Source of the DNA: a virus | Reading direction: 5' to 3' (one strand) | IMG/VR virus record: IMGVR_UViG_3300045988_091217 | Location: 1 to 59,558 of that record | DNA length: 59,558 bases | In this document: in pieces, positions 48,656-56,662 of the stretch | Layout of the letters: each line of letters begins with the position of its first letter | How positions within the stretch are numbered: the first letter of the stretch is position 1 | The notes under the pieces: generated by a model | What the model was told of the DNA's origin: nothing | Databases searched by the model: none | The model's input: only the letters and a program-made list of their open reading frames with translations | Made by a program: the position numbers and the translations under genes

Positions 48656-49463
48656 ATAACCCTTCGTCTTCCAGAATAGCGCGGTATGGCTTCCAGTTGC
48701 GGAAATTACGGTTCTCATTGCGATACTTTTCACCGTCGTTGAACATGGCCTGATGGTCGAAGGGTGACATGTGACCTGCTTCAATCAGACGGTCGGCTAG
48801 TGCGAAGTCTTCATCAATGGAAGGCGTTTGTTTGTTGTGATTCAGGTAGGAAACACGGGCGCAGCGTGCCGCTGAAATTTTCGCCCGTTGAGCATACGTC
48901 CATCGTAAGCAATCGTTTTCCTCTTCGCGCAGATAGGGGAGATGGAAAATTCGTTCAACAGGAACGGATTCGTCCATTGCCTTCTTAATCGCTTTTGCCA
49001 GTGCTTGAATTTCAGGCTGCGCGTCGTCAGCAATGCGCAGTTTGAAGAAGTTATCCCACTCGGTTGCAGTGATAATGGTTTCCGCCCACATGAATGGTTC
49101 AAGGATGCGGTTGACAACCTGCTTATGCACGCCGATTTCGGCGAGTTCTTGAGCAATGTTAGCGGCAGTGTCAGCGGCTTCCATCCAGACAGTCTTGGCT
49201 GCTGCGATACGCGCGTCATCCATCTCGGTTTCAGCCACCATACCTGCTTGGTTCTGACCCCAATGTACGGGAACGACTGGTTCGTTGCGAATCATCTCAA
49301 TCAGCTTTGCTGTTGGAACGGCACGGCTGGACGCTGTACTGCGGCTGAAGACGCGATGGGTATTCAGTTGGGGCAGGATAAAGCGTGGATATTTCACCTG
49401 CACAGAGGTGATACGATGACGACCGTCCGCGATGCTGTCGGCGATTACTTGGCATTCAATCAT
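48645..49463 (-). CDS. ThyX-like (Thy1 family) flavin-dependent thymidylate synthase homolog, divergent
   Basis: RHRITS and NTHRVFSRSTASSRA resemble the ThyX RHRxxxxxxxSxRY signature. PFMWAETIITATEWDNFFKLR resembles the ThyX central block. A GHMSPFDH block lies near the C-terminus rather than the N-terminus. Confidence 0.5.
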   Translation of the reverse strand: MIECQVIADSIADGRHRITSVQVKYPRFILPQLNTHRVFSRSTASSRAVPTAKLIEMIRNEPVVPVHWGQNQAGMVAETEMDDARIAAAKTVWMEAADTAANIAQELAEIGVHKQVVNRILEPFMWAETIITATEWDNFFKLRIADDAQPEIQALAKAIKKAMDESVPVERIFHLPYLREEENDCLRWTYAQRAKISAARCARVSYLNHNKQTPSIDEDFALADRLIEAGHMSPFDHQAMFNDGEKYRNENRNFRNWKPYRAILEDEGLYDE

Positions 49464-49677
49464 TTTTAGTTTCCTTTTCTTTAGGGGCTACTTTTGTGTA
49501 CAAGAGATGTGAGTGTACGATGAGACACGCCAGCATAAAGAAGAGCGACACGAGATACACGATAATATCGCTAATGCCTTTAGCGGCGAACAGTTTGTTC
49601 AGCAGTTGTGCATCAACGTAGAAGAGCAGCAAAAATACTGCGATGTTTTTGATGATAAAGAGTGCATTTACTTTCAT
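49456..49677 (-). CDS. small two-TM membrane protein
   Basis: Hydrophobic 73-aa ORF. Confidence 0.4.
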   Translation of the reverse strand: MKVNALFIIKNIAVFLLLFYVDAQLLNKLFAAKGISDIIVYLVSLFFMLACLIVHSHLLYTKVAPKEKETKND

Positions 49678-49678
49678 T

Positions 49679-49930
49679 TTATTTTACCTTTCGGATGATG
49701 AGTTTTGAGAATTTGTCGTCGATTTCAGCGAAGCCGACAACGTAATTAATATTGTACCAACTCTTAATAGCGTCAGCGATGACATCGTCGCTATCTTTAA
49801 CGGGGTCAATGGGTATATCGGAACAGGCCATAAAATCATAATTTCTGGCCAATTCGTTGACCTTATCATGGATGTCTTCGGTTGGAAACACTGCGTTGTT
49901 GAGCAGTAGCATGACCTCATATTCATTCAT
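49679..49930 (-). CDS. hypothetical acidic protein
   Basis: Expressed from cassette copy 3. Confidence 0.4.
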   Translation of the reverse strand: MNEYEVMLLLNNAVFPTEDIHDKVNELARNYDFMACSDIPIDPVKDSDDVIADAIKSWYNINYVVGFAEIDDKFSKLIIRKVK

Positions 49931-50045
49931 TCAATCTTTTCCTTTGTTTGTTGTTAGTTGGTGATTAAATAATACTGATGCTATTAAGTATTGTCAAGCA
50001 ATTAAAAAGCACTTAGCCGTAAAATAGAGCTAAGTGCTTCATTTA
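49931..50045 (-). promoter_or_regulatory. terminator-promoter-leader cassette, copy 3
   Basis: Hairpin aagcacttagc/gctaagtgctt plus T-run, then TTGACA-17-TATTAT. Confidence 0.6.
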
Positions 50046-50053
50046 TCAGAGTA

Positions 50054-50755
50054 TTAAATTTTGCCGAAATCGACGTGTTTTTGCAGTTTCCGTTCCAATT
50101 CTGAAATATCCTGCGTGTTGTAGACAATCAGATAGTCATGCCACTGTCCGCCGCTGATTTTAACTGTTCCAGACTGACCGTCATCATTATCGTCAATAAT
50201 CAGTTCTGCGAACTCTTCACTGCTATGACTATTGACGGATGGAACATCGCGGTAAATACCAATTAGCAGGTCACAGATAGCAGCCTCATTTTCAAAGCGA
50301 ACGTCTGGGATAATGACATCCTTATATGAATTTTGCATAAGACGAACAAAGAAATCGTCCTTACAAAAGCGGAAATATTCAGTGCCGAGTAACTGCATAA
50401 ATTTGCGCGGTGATAACTGTTCGTATGGAGCAGGATATTCACCATGCTCCGCGTCGATAAATACATGGTAGATGTAGTCGTAAAAGATTTTCTCATCTTT
50501 GGTGATGGCCTGAACTTCTTCAGTCTTCAAGAACGGAATCAACCAGCCTTCGCGCAGTTTGTCAAAACCTTCAACACCAAAGGGCATTGGTGTTTCTTTC
50601 TTATCGCGCTCCAAGCAATCATCGCCGAAGACGAACTTGGCTGCTTCATGTAAAGGCCGTGCAAAAGATACAATCGGCATGTTTTTGAGTTTGCTTAAAA
50701 TTTGAGCAGCTGTGTCTTTACCCACGCCTGCTTTACCAACTAAACCGATAATCAT
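50054..50755 (-). CDS. deoxynucleoside monophosphate kinase (T4 gp1-like P-loop kinase)
   Basis: P-loop IGLVGKAGVGKDT. AAGGAAAA RBS. Confidence 0.55.
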   Translation of the reverse strand: MIIGLVGKAGVGKDTAAQILSKLKNMPIVSFARPLHEAAKFVFGDDCLERDKKETPMPFGVEGFDKLREGWLIPFLKTEEVQAITKDEKIFYDYIYHVFIDAEHGEYPAPYEQLSPRKFMQLLGTEYFRFCKDDFFVRLMQNSYKDVIIPDVRFENEAAICDLLIGIYRDVPSVNSHSSEEFAELIIDDNDDGQSGTVKISGGQWHDYLIVYNTQDISELERKLQKHVDFGKI

Positions 50756-50826
50756 GATATTTTCCTTATGCTAAGTGTTTGTATTAAACCGCTCAGTCTT
50801 TTAAAACCGAGCGGTTGATTCGGGAT

Positions 50827-50973
50827 TTAGATTTTGCAAGCACCGCCCGCGCAACCATCATCCTCTGCTGTTTCGGGGTCAAAACCACCTTCAACAACTA
50901 CGCCTTCGACGGCATCCAGCGCGTCGAGGTTATCCATATCGAACATATCGTCGTTCTTTTGTTCAGTAGACAT
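50827..50973 (-). CDS. 48-aa highly acidic peptide ending GCAGGACKI, TAATG-coupled to the upstream gene
   Basis: Hand translation: MSTEQKNDDMFDMDNLDALDAVEGVVVEGGFDPETAEDDGCAGGACKI. Missed by the 60-aa ORF cutoff. Confidence 0.4.
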   Translation of the reverse strand: MSTEQKNDDMFDMDNLDALDAVEGVVVEGGFDPETAEDDGCAGGACKI

Positions 50974-51806
50974 TACAAGTCCTCCAATTCATCATCTGAA
51001 ACATTATTGCCTGCAACGACCACTTCCTCTTCAGGTTGAGGAGGTACGTCGTTCACAAAGCCCTTAGCCGCATTATACGCTAACCACGCAATCAGTGGGG
51101 CTTGTTCGAACACATATTCTGCGCCGAAACGTGTCGTATACTCCATAGCGGCTTTGTAGTCGCTATGCTCGGTCACAACGTCGTCCGTTGCGTTATACAT
51201 CCAGATAACCTGTTTCACGCCTTGCCATACATTGATTGACGGCATTCCGTAATTGGTGAAATGCGTCGGCTTTGGCGGCTCGGCTGCTGAACCGCGATAA
51301 TCCGAACCAGCATCACTCATATACGCAAGTGCAGATACAAGGCCAATTTGATACTGGTCTTCGGACGGCTCGAAATCTGGGTCGTCTTGCTGATTGACGA
51401 CAAAAACCTTTTGAGATTTGCTATCCCAGAAGAATTTAACCGATTCCAGTTCAAAGCCGAACCATTTTTCAATGAGCATTTGCCATGTATCAGACGTGCT
51501 TTTGGAGGCAGCGGAATCACCAGCAAAACACTCTTCTTCCTTGATGGAATTCTTGATGTCATGCAACGAGTAGATACGCACGCCTTTACCGCCGTACACG
51601 CTGTCTGCGTTGGTGTAAAAGGCAACATTCATACCAGTAATCAGCGCAGAATTCAACGCGCTAGTGTGTTCCAGTGGGAACTCTGGAATGAATACGCTTT
51701 CGCCTTTGCCTAAGCGTTTATCCTGAAGCTGCTGGGCGATATTGGCAATGGCCGACGTTGTTAACGGATAAGCCACGCCGCTGTCATAGGGTAAATGTAA
51801 TGACAT
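50973..51806 (-). CDS. hypothetical protein ending in acidic ...SDDELEDL
   Basis: 277 aa. The C-terminal motif is shared with the primase-helicase and the 10190 protein. Confidence 0.45.
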   Translation of the reverse strand: MSLHLPYDSGVAYPLTTSAIANIAQQLQDKRLGKGESVFIPEFPLEHTSALNSALITGMNVAFYTNADSVYGGKGVRIYSLHDIKNSIKEEECFAGDSAASKSTSDTWQMLIEKWFGFELESVKFFWDSKSQKVFVVNQQDDPDFEPSEDQYQIGLVSALAYMSDAGSDYRGSAAEPPKPTHFTNYGMPSINVWQGVKQVIWMYNATDDVVTEHSDYKAAMEYTTRFGAEYVFEQAPLIAWLAYNAAKGFVNDVPPQPEEEVVVAGNNVSDDELEDL

Positions 51807-51810
51807 AGTA

Positions 51811-52707
51811 TTAACCTTTCGCTTCTTTAAGCAGCTTCAGAATATCAATACATATCTGCGTATCAATAAACCACTTACCGCGTTTATCGTCAACGGTTTT
51901 ATCAGCAGTCGTAGCCTTCGCAGGTTCAGGTTTAATCTGAGACACGACGGCCTTGTCGTTGATGACACATGTACAACTGCCAACCAAGTCAAACATTGCC
52001 GAGCGAACCCGATTGTTAGGATTCTTCATGATGGCAATACGGGCTTCGGAAAGCTCATAATCACCGCTGTATCGCACACGCATGCCAGTAACACTGTCTT
52101 CATACGCAACCATACCAGCAACGCCACCGTAATCTACACTGCTTACCTGTTCCCATAACCATGAAGACATGCCTTCCGTGTTAAACGGACGTACGGAGAA
52201 ATCGCTCAATGTGAGCAGCAACTGACCGACCACATGGTCTGCAATCTTCTGCGAAGACGTACCAATTAGAACATAACCTTCGTCAATCAGGAACAGAACA
52301 GGTACGACGGTTGTCTTGATAGGCGCAGTCGGAAGTTTTGCCATGAGATAGTCTTCCTTCCATTCCTGACGCAGTTTGCGAGGAGCGTTTTCGTTACCAG
52401 TGTCAAGGCAATACTCTTTCTCTTTTTCCTTGACGTAATCGCGCACAGATGTCGCAGGAATTACGCGTTCGCGGATAACGACATGGAGTTCGGCCTTCTT
52501 GTAGTCTCCACCGATTACAGGAAAGTCGTCTTCGGCTTCGCCGAATACAACCACGCCGTCTTCAACTTCGTCGGGATACAGACATGGATGTGGCGCAATA
52601 TAAGTTACGGTTGAAGCCAAACCTTGAGGCTCAATCGGTTTGAGATTTGCCTTCAGACCGCCGAACACAACGTCGCTTGTGAGTTGATAGGGGGTAAATG
52701 CTTTCAT
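51811..52707 (-). CDS. RdgC-like recombination-associated protein
   Basis: About 300 aa. N-terminal MKAFTPYQL resembles RdgC MAFTP. Start at ATG 52707 with an AAGGAG RBS. Confidence 0.4.
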   Translation of the reverse strand: MKAFTPYQLTSDVVFGGLKANLKPIEPQGLASTVTYIAPHPCLYPDEVEDGVVVFGEAEDDFPVIGGDYKKAELHVVIRERVIPATSVRDYVKEKEKEYCLDTGNENAPRKLRQEWKEDYLMAKLPTAPIKTTVVPVLFLIDEGYVLIGTSSQKIADHVVGQLLLTLSDFSVRPFNTEGMSSWLWEQVSSVDYGGVAGMVAYEDSVTGMRVRYSGDYELSEARIAIMKNPNNRVRSAMFDLVGSCTCVINDKAVVSQIKPEPAKATTADKTVDDKRGKWFIDTQICIDILKLLKEAKG

Positions 52708-52717
52708 GGCTTGCTCC

Positions 52718-53179
52718 TTAAAGCTCAATGGTTACAGAGTTGACGCGTTTCCATACCGTTTCGTCGAAGAATGGTTGGAAGCATGTTTGGAATGTGCCGA
52801 CATAGAGTGGGTATTGACCGATTTCAAATTCAACGGTTGCTTCTTTGACAATCGTGCCACAAGTCGGGTTGATGGCCAACACAATCACACCAGTCACTTT
52901 ATTTTCAAACAAAGCAGGGTATTTGTTGACATCGGCTTCTTCAATCATCTCATCCACGCTGTTGGTTTCGAACTCGCGGACTGCTTCAATGCCTTTTTCG
53001 GTGAGGCCGTAGTGGGTTGAATTGCCGAAGTCTTGGGTGATTTTCAACAGACGTTGCTCCAACAGACGCATCATTTGAAGGAACTGAGTTTCTGGAAGGG
53101 TTACGTCGACGATGATGCGTTTGTTTGGGTCATCAACCAACGGTTTCAGCAGTTCGTAATCTTGTTTATTGATAGCCAT
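52718..53179 (-). CDS. hypothetical protein
   Basis: AGGAGAAATCC RBS. Confidence 0.4.
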   Translation of the reverse strand: MAINKQDYELLKPLVDDPNKRIIVDVTLPETQFLQMMRLLEQRLLKITQDFGNSTHYGLTEKGIEAVREFETNSVDEMIEEADVNKYPALFENKVTGVIVLAINPTCGTIVKEATVEFEIGQYPLYVGTFQTCFQPFFDETVWKRVNSVTIEL

Positions 53180-54035
53180 GGATTTCTCCTAATTGTTTAA
53201 GGGGTTTGAGGATAATACGCCGAATTCCTACTAATTCGAGCGTTGTTTTACAGTGGTAGCATACTTCTTTTGCCCCGTATACTTCCATCCAACTGTTTTC
53301 AAAATCAGGCTCGTATACGCGTGCCTTATACTTCAGAAGAGCGGCCAGTTCTGCATGGGATGGCTGCTGGCATTGCTCAACACACTTTTCGTAACCTTGA
53401 TTAATGCTTTGCCCTTTGCGTGGGCAGATGTGTTGTGCCGGTTGCTTCTTGATACCGTTTGTGCCTAAGAACACACCGTGAGGAGTATGCAGCGCAGCAA
53501 TGATTGTTTTGTCATAGCATGGATGCAAGCCATCCTTTTGGTGAATATCCTGCATAATCAAAAAGGTTCGTTTTCTGAAAGAGTCCGCTCTTTCTTGGAG
53601 ACGAGCTTCCTTTTTTGCAAGCGGCGTTGTTATTGCTTTGACTAAATCGTCAATCAAATCAGTGTTGTTGGGGTATAAGGATTCGTCCAATTTATTTTGC
53701 GGTTTGCCTACCGTTTTAGCGTACCCATTAGGCTGCGTTTCACCCGATTTATTTTGCGGTTTGCCTAGCATTTTCGCATTTAAGTTTGCCATTTCGATGC
53801 GATATTCGGCTTCCTTGCAAATTGTTTCAGCAAACTCACGCGGTTCGTGAATAATATCAATAGGCAGCATCATCAAGATTTCATCAACACCAGCACCATT
53901 CTGCGCCGCTACAATAAATCGGTCGTAGGCTGCGTTGCCGATTGCTCGGATATTAGCCGCCTGCTGTATCATTCGTTTAGCCGCGTCGATGTTATCAACC
54001 ATGATTGCGGCAACATTAATACCTTCGATAGCCAT
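53166..54035 (-). CDS. two-domain protein: N-terminal unknown domain (with internal GKPQNK tandem repeat) fused to C-terminal CMP/dCMP deaminase zinc-binding domain
   Basis: SHAELAALL ... CYHCKTTLELVGIRRI is an HAE/PCxxC-type pattern. A 21-bp exact direct repeat lies at about 53700-53790. Confidence 0.55.
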   Translation of the reverse strand: MAIEGINVAAIMVDNIDAAKRMIQQAANIRAIGNAAYDRFIVAAQNGAGVDEILMMLPIDIIHEPREFAETICKEAEYRIEMANLNAKMLGKPQNKSGETQPNGYAKTVGKPQNKLDESLYPNNTDLIDDLVKAITTPLAKKEARLQERADSFRKRTFLIMQDIHQKDGLHPCYDKTIIAALHTPHGVFLGTNGIKKQPAQHICPRKGQSINQGYEKCVEQCQQPSHAELAALLKYKARVYEPDFENSWMEVYGAKEVCYHCKTTLELVGIRRIILKPLKQLGEIHGYQ

Positions 54036-54037
54036 TA

Positions 54038-54394
54038 TCAACCCTTCCATTCAACAGCGGTTGTTACGCAGAAGACAACGAATGCGTTTCGGTTTGCGTC
54101 GAAAATATCGTATACGGCAACGGTGAAATCGCGCTTGTAAACATCACTGCGCAGCTGTTTGAAGTAGTTTGCAACCTGACTGCGCATAGAGCTTTTCAGT
54201 TTACGCAGCTTTTCTTCAGTTGCTTCATCCACATGCAGATAGCGCGTTACCGTGTAGGTCTGACCAACCTCCAATCGCCACAATTCCCATTCAGTCGTGC
54301 CGAGTTTCGGGGTGCGAAATACGTCTTTCTTTGTAGTGTAACTACCGCGCTTCGCGCCTTTCTTCACGCCGCGATTTTCTGTTTTCTGTTCCAT
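54038..54394 (-). CDS. first gene of leftward operon; basic N-terminus, unknown
   Basis: AAAAGGATTTACAG ATG RBS. Confidence 0.45.
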   Translation of the reverse strand: MEQKTENRGVKKGAKRGSYTTKKDVFRTPKLGTTEWELWRLEVGQTYTVTRYLHVDEATEEKLRKLKSSMRSQVANYFKQLRSDVYKRDFTVAVYDIFDANRNAFVVFCVTTAVEWKG

Positions 54395-54427
54395 CTGTAA
54401 ATCCTTTTGTTTCTAGTAAGTGTTCAC

Positions 54428-54456
54428 ATTATTGAGTGTCGTGTAAGGATTGTCAA
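54428..54456 (-). promoter_or_regulatory. leftward promoter (TTGACA-17-AATAAT on minus strand)
   Basis: Minus strand: ttgaca atccttacacgacactc aataat. Confidence 0.45.
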
Positions 54457-54554
54457 GATTTAAATTTCAATTATTGCAAATATCGTTGTTTTAATTCGAA
54501 ATTAATTTGTTTTAAAGGCGATTTACTCGTATTGAATTGTGCCGCATTTATAAT

Positions 54555-54654
54555 TTTATATCGGAAGACGGCCTGTCTAGGGGCTAAAATTTTATATCGG
54601 GAGACAGCCTGTCTAGGGGTGAAAATTCTATATCGGGGGAGAGCCTGTCTAGGG
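54555..54654. promoter_or_regulatory. three tandem ~36-bp repeats, each carrying palindrome AGACAG-C-CTGTCT (plus a half-site near 54667-54690); operator/iteron array
   Basis: ttttatatcggaagacggcctgtctagggg / ttttatatcgggagacagcctgtctagggg / ttctatatcgggggagagcctgtctagggg. Confidence 0.55.
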
Positions 54655-54780
54655 GTGAATTCGCTGGTGTCTTGTCTAGTAAAATCGGGCGGTTGGTCTG
54701 TTGAACAATCAGCGGTGAAAACGAATCCGCGGCAAAAGTAATGACAAATGACTGATAATTAAAAGCTATAAACTGATAGC

Positions 54781-54802
54781 AATAATTAATCGATTAATTA
54801 TT
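54781..54802. promoter_or_regulatory. 22-bp perfect AT-rich palindrome (aataattaatcgattaattatt) abutting a TTGACA
   Basis: Read directly from the sequence. Confidence 0.4.
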
Positions 54803-54950
54803 GACAAATTCTTTTTGTTGTACTATTTACGCGCGTTCATTAATAGGCGATTTTCACCGAAAATCGCTATCTGATTTAAATAATTTTTAAATTAATTTCT
54901 TTTATATTCAAGGATTTAGGCTTAAATCTCAAATATTTTTAAAATAAGAC

Positions 54951-54978
54951 TTGTCAAAATTTTAAAAAGGCTTATAAT
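54951..54978 (+). promoter_or_regulatory. strong sigma70-like promoter P-early-1 (TTGTCA-16-TATAAT)
   Basis: cttgtcaaaattttaaaaaggcttataat. Near-identical copy at 56594. Confidence 0.6.
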
Positions 54979-55019
54979 GTGAAACATCAAAAGCAAACGC
55001 GAAACGAAAGGATTCAAAA

Positions 55020-55364
55020 ATGCGTGAATTTGTATTAAATATCGGCCTGAAAACTAGTCCACATATGACGAAAGACGGCAAAATGGAAGATTTAAAAGTC
55101 CGTGATATTTTGGCGGTTTTACCTGTATTCAATCTTGATTTTGATATGGCGAAAATTGCCCAATCAGAAACAGAAAAGACTTTGATTCTGAAAGGCGTAT
55201 CAAATGCTGAATATATCGATTTTGAAAAGTCTGTTAAAGGCTTATCTGATACCCTAAAACAAGATTGTATCGCGGCCTATTTTCCCTTGTCTGATAGCGG
55301 TGTGTTGATTGGGAGCAATTCCGACGATTGGGGAATGTTTGATAAACGCTATTTTATCCAATAA
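55020..55364 (+). CDS. early-region protein, unknown
   Basis: AT-rich ORF with a GAAAGGA RBS. Confidence 0.45.
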   Translation: MREFVLNIGLKTSPHMTKDGKMEDLKVRDILAVLPVFNLDFDMAKIAQSETEKTLILKGVSNAEYIDFEKSVKGLSDTLKQDCIAAYFPLSDSGVLIGSNSDDWGMFDKRYFIQ

Positions 55365-55375
55365 AAGGTAAAGCC

Positions 55376-55657
55376 ATGAACAGCTTTAAACACTATGATG
55401 AATTGTTTGCTAGCGTAAACGAAGCCAGGGCAATCCCAGTATACAAACGCCACGATAACCTGTCGGAATACTTGGAAGGCGGATTGATGGAAGTATGCAA
55501 ACCGACGGCCAAGGACTTGGAGTATTACCCATCAACCAATCCCCAAACCATTCAAAATCATCTAAATAATGCCGTTTACGTCAAAGCAACGGCAAAGGGA
55601 AAAGAAGTCATTATGACTGAATTGTATAAAGTCTATGACTTGAAACCGACTATCTAA
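55376..55657 (+). CDS. early-region protein, unknown
   Basis: AAAAGG RBS. Confidence 0.45.
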   Translation: MNSFKHYDELFASVNEARAIPVYKRHDNLSEYLEGGLMEVCKPTAKDLEYYPSTNPQTIQNHLNNAVYVKATAKGKEVIMTELYKVYDLKPTI

Positions 55658-55675
55658 CAGAAAGGAAAAATTAAA

Positions 55676-56143
55676 ATGTATGCACTTATCCAAACAACAA
55701 GCCAAGCCGTATTTAAAGACGTATCGGGCGCATTGGTCGACGTGAAAACAATCGGCAAATTAAACGGCATTACGCCCGTTTTTGAAATGCTGATTGATTT
55801 GAGTCTGAAAAATATCGACCTGAAGGTATTGAAAGAAAATCCTGATTGTTTGGTAAAACTGGACGGCGAAATGTATCCCGATAATTGGAAGACGGCGCAA
55901 AAACTTACTTTGCAAAACAATTCAGCAAGTGGCGGTGTTCAAACTTCATCAATGGGTGATTTTTATCCAATTATCCCTTTACGCCGTGGCAATGTTGACT
56001 ATTACACATGGGGAAACTATGAAATTGAAGCGGATAGCGTGCAATATTATAGTCTGTTCGAAATTCGTAACCTGCTACGAATCGGCGATTTTAAAACCGC
56101 CGAAAGTCGCTTTTTGTCTAAATTTTGGAAGAAGGTAAAATAA
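55676..56143 (+). CDS. early-region protein, unknown
   Basis: AAAGGAAAAATTAAAATG. Confidence 0.45.
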   Translation: MYALIQTTSQAVFKDVSGALVDVKTIGKLNGITPVFEMLIDLSLKNIDLKVLKENPDCLVKLDGEMYPDNWKTAQKLTLQNNSASGGVQTSSMGDFYPIIPLRRGNVDYYTWGNYEIEADSVQYYSLFEIRNLLRIGDFKTAESRFLSKFWKKVK

Positions 56144-56144
56144 A

Positions 56145-56564
56145 ATGGCTATCGACTACAAATTACCCGAAAAACCATTTCCTTTTATGTTTCAGCTTGA
56201 ACAGGCTTTTTACTCAAAACGAAATATTATCTGTCATAAAAGCCGTGAAAATACGCTTGCAACATTTAGGGAATATAGCTATTTGCAAGAAGTAGCACCC
56301 GATGAAAACGCCGTTTCATGGTTTGAGAAATTAGGGCGCGGTAAGTATTTATCCGACAGGTTTAAAGCCGCTAATAATGCCATTGATACCGATATTGATA
56401 ATTATGTATTTTTTGAAATTACGGAATCAGGCAAAACGGCGGTTTATTACAACAAAAGATTAAAAGATAGAGATAAAGAACATAGCGTAAAAACCTATGA
56501 CAAAGTAAGCGAATTAGCTGAAGAAATTCAAGAATTAATTTATAGTAAATTCAACATGTTATAA
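56145..56564 (+). CDS. early-region protein, unknown
   Basis: AAGAAGG RBS. Confidence 0.45.
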   Translation: MAIDYKLPEKPFPFMFQLEQAFYSKRNIICHKSRENTLATFREYSYLQEVAPDENAVSWFEKLGRGKYLSDRFKAANNAIDTDIDNYVFFEITESGKTAVYYNKRLKDRDKEHSVKTYDKVSELAEEIQELIYSKFNML

Positions 56565-56593
56565 TTAAATCTCAAATATTTTAATTATAATAC

Positions 56594-56621
56594 TTGTCAA
56601 GTTTTTAAAAAGGCGTATAAT
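56594..56621 (+). promoter_or_regulatory. strong sigma70-like promoter P-early-2 (TTGTCA-16-TATAAT), duplicate of 54951
   Basis: cttgtcaagtttttaaaaaggcgtataat. The upstream aaatctcaaatatttta is also shared. Confidence 0.6.
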
Positions 56622-56662
56622 ACAACTTATCGAAACAAACCAAACAAACAAAAGGAAACATC

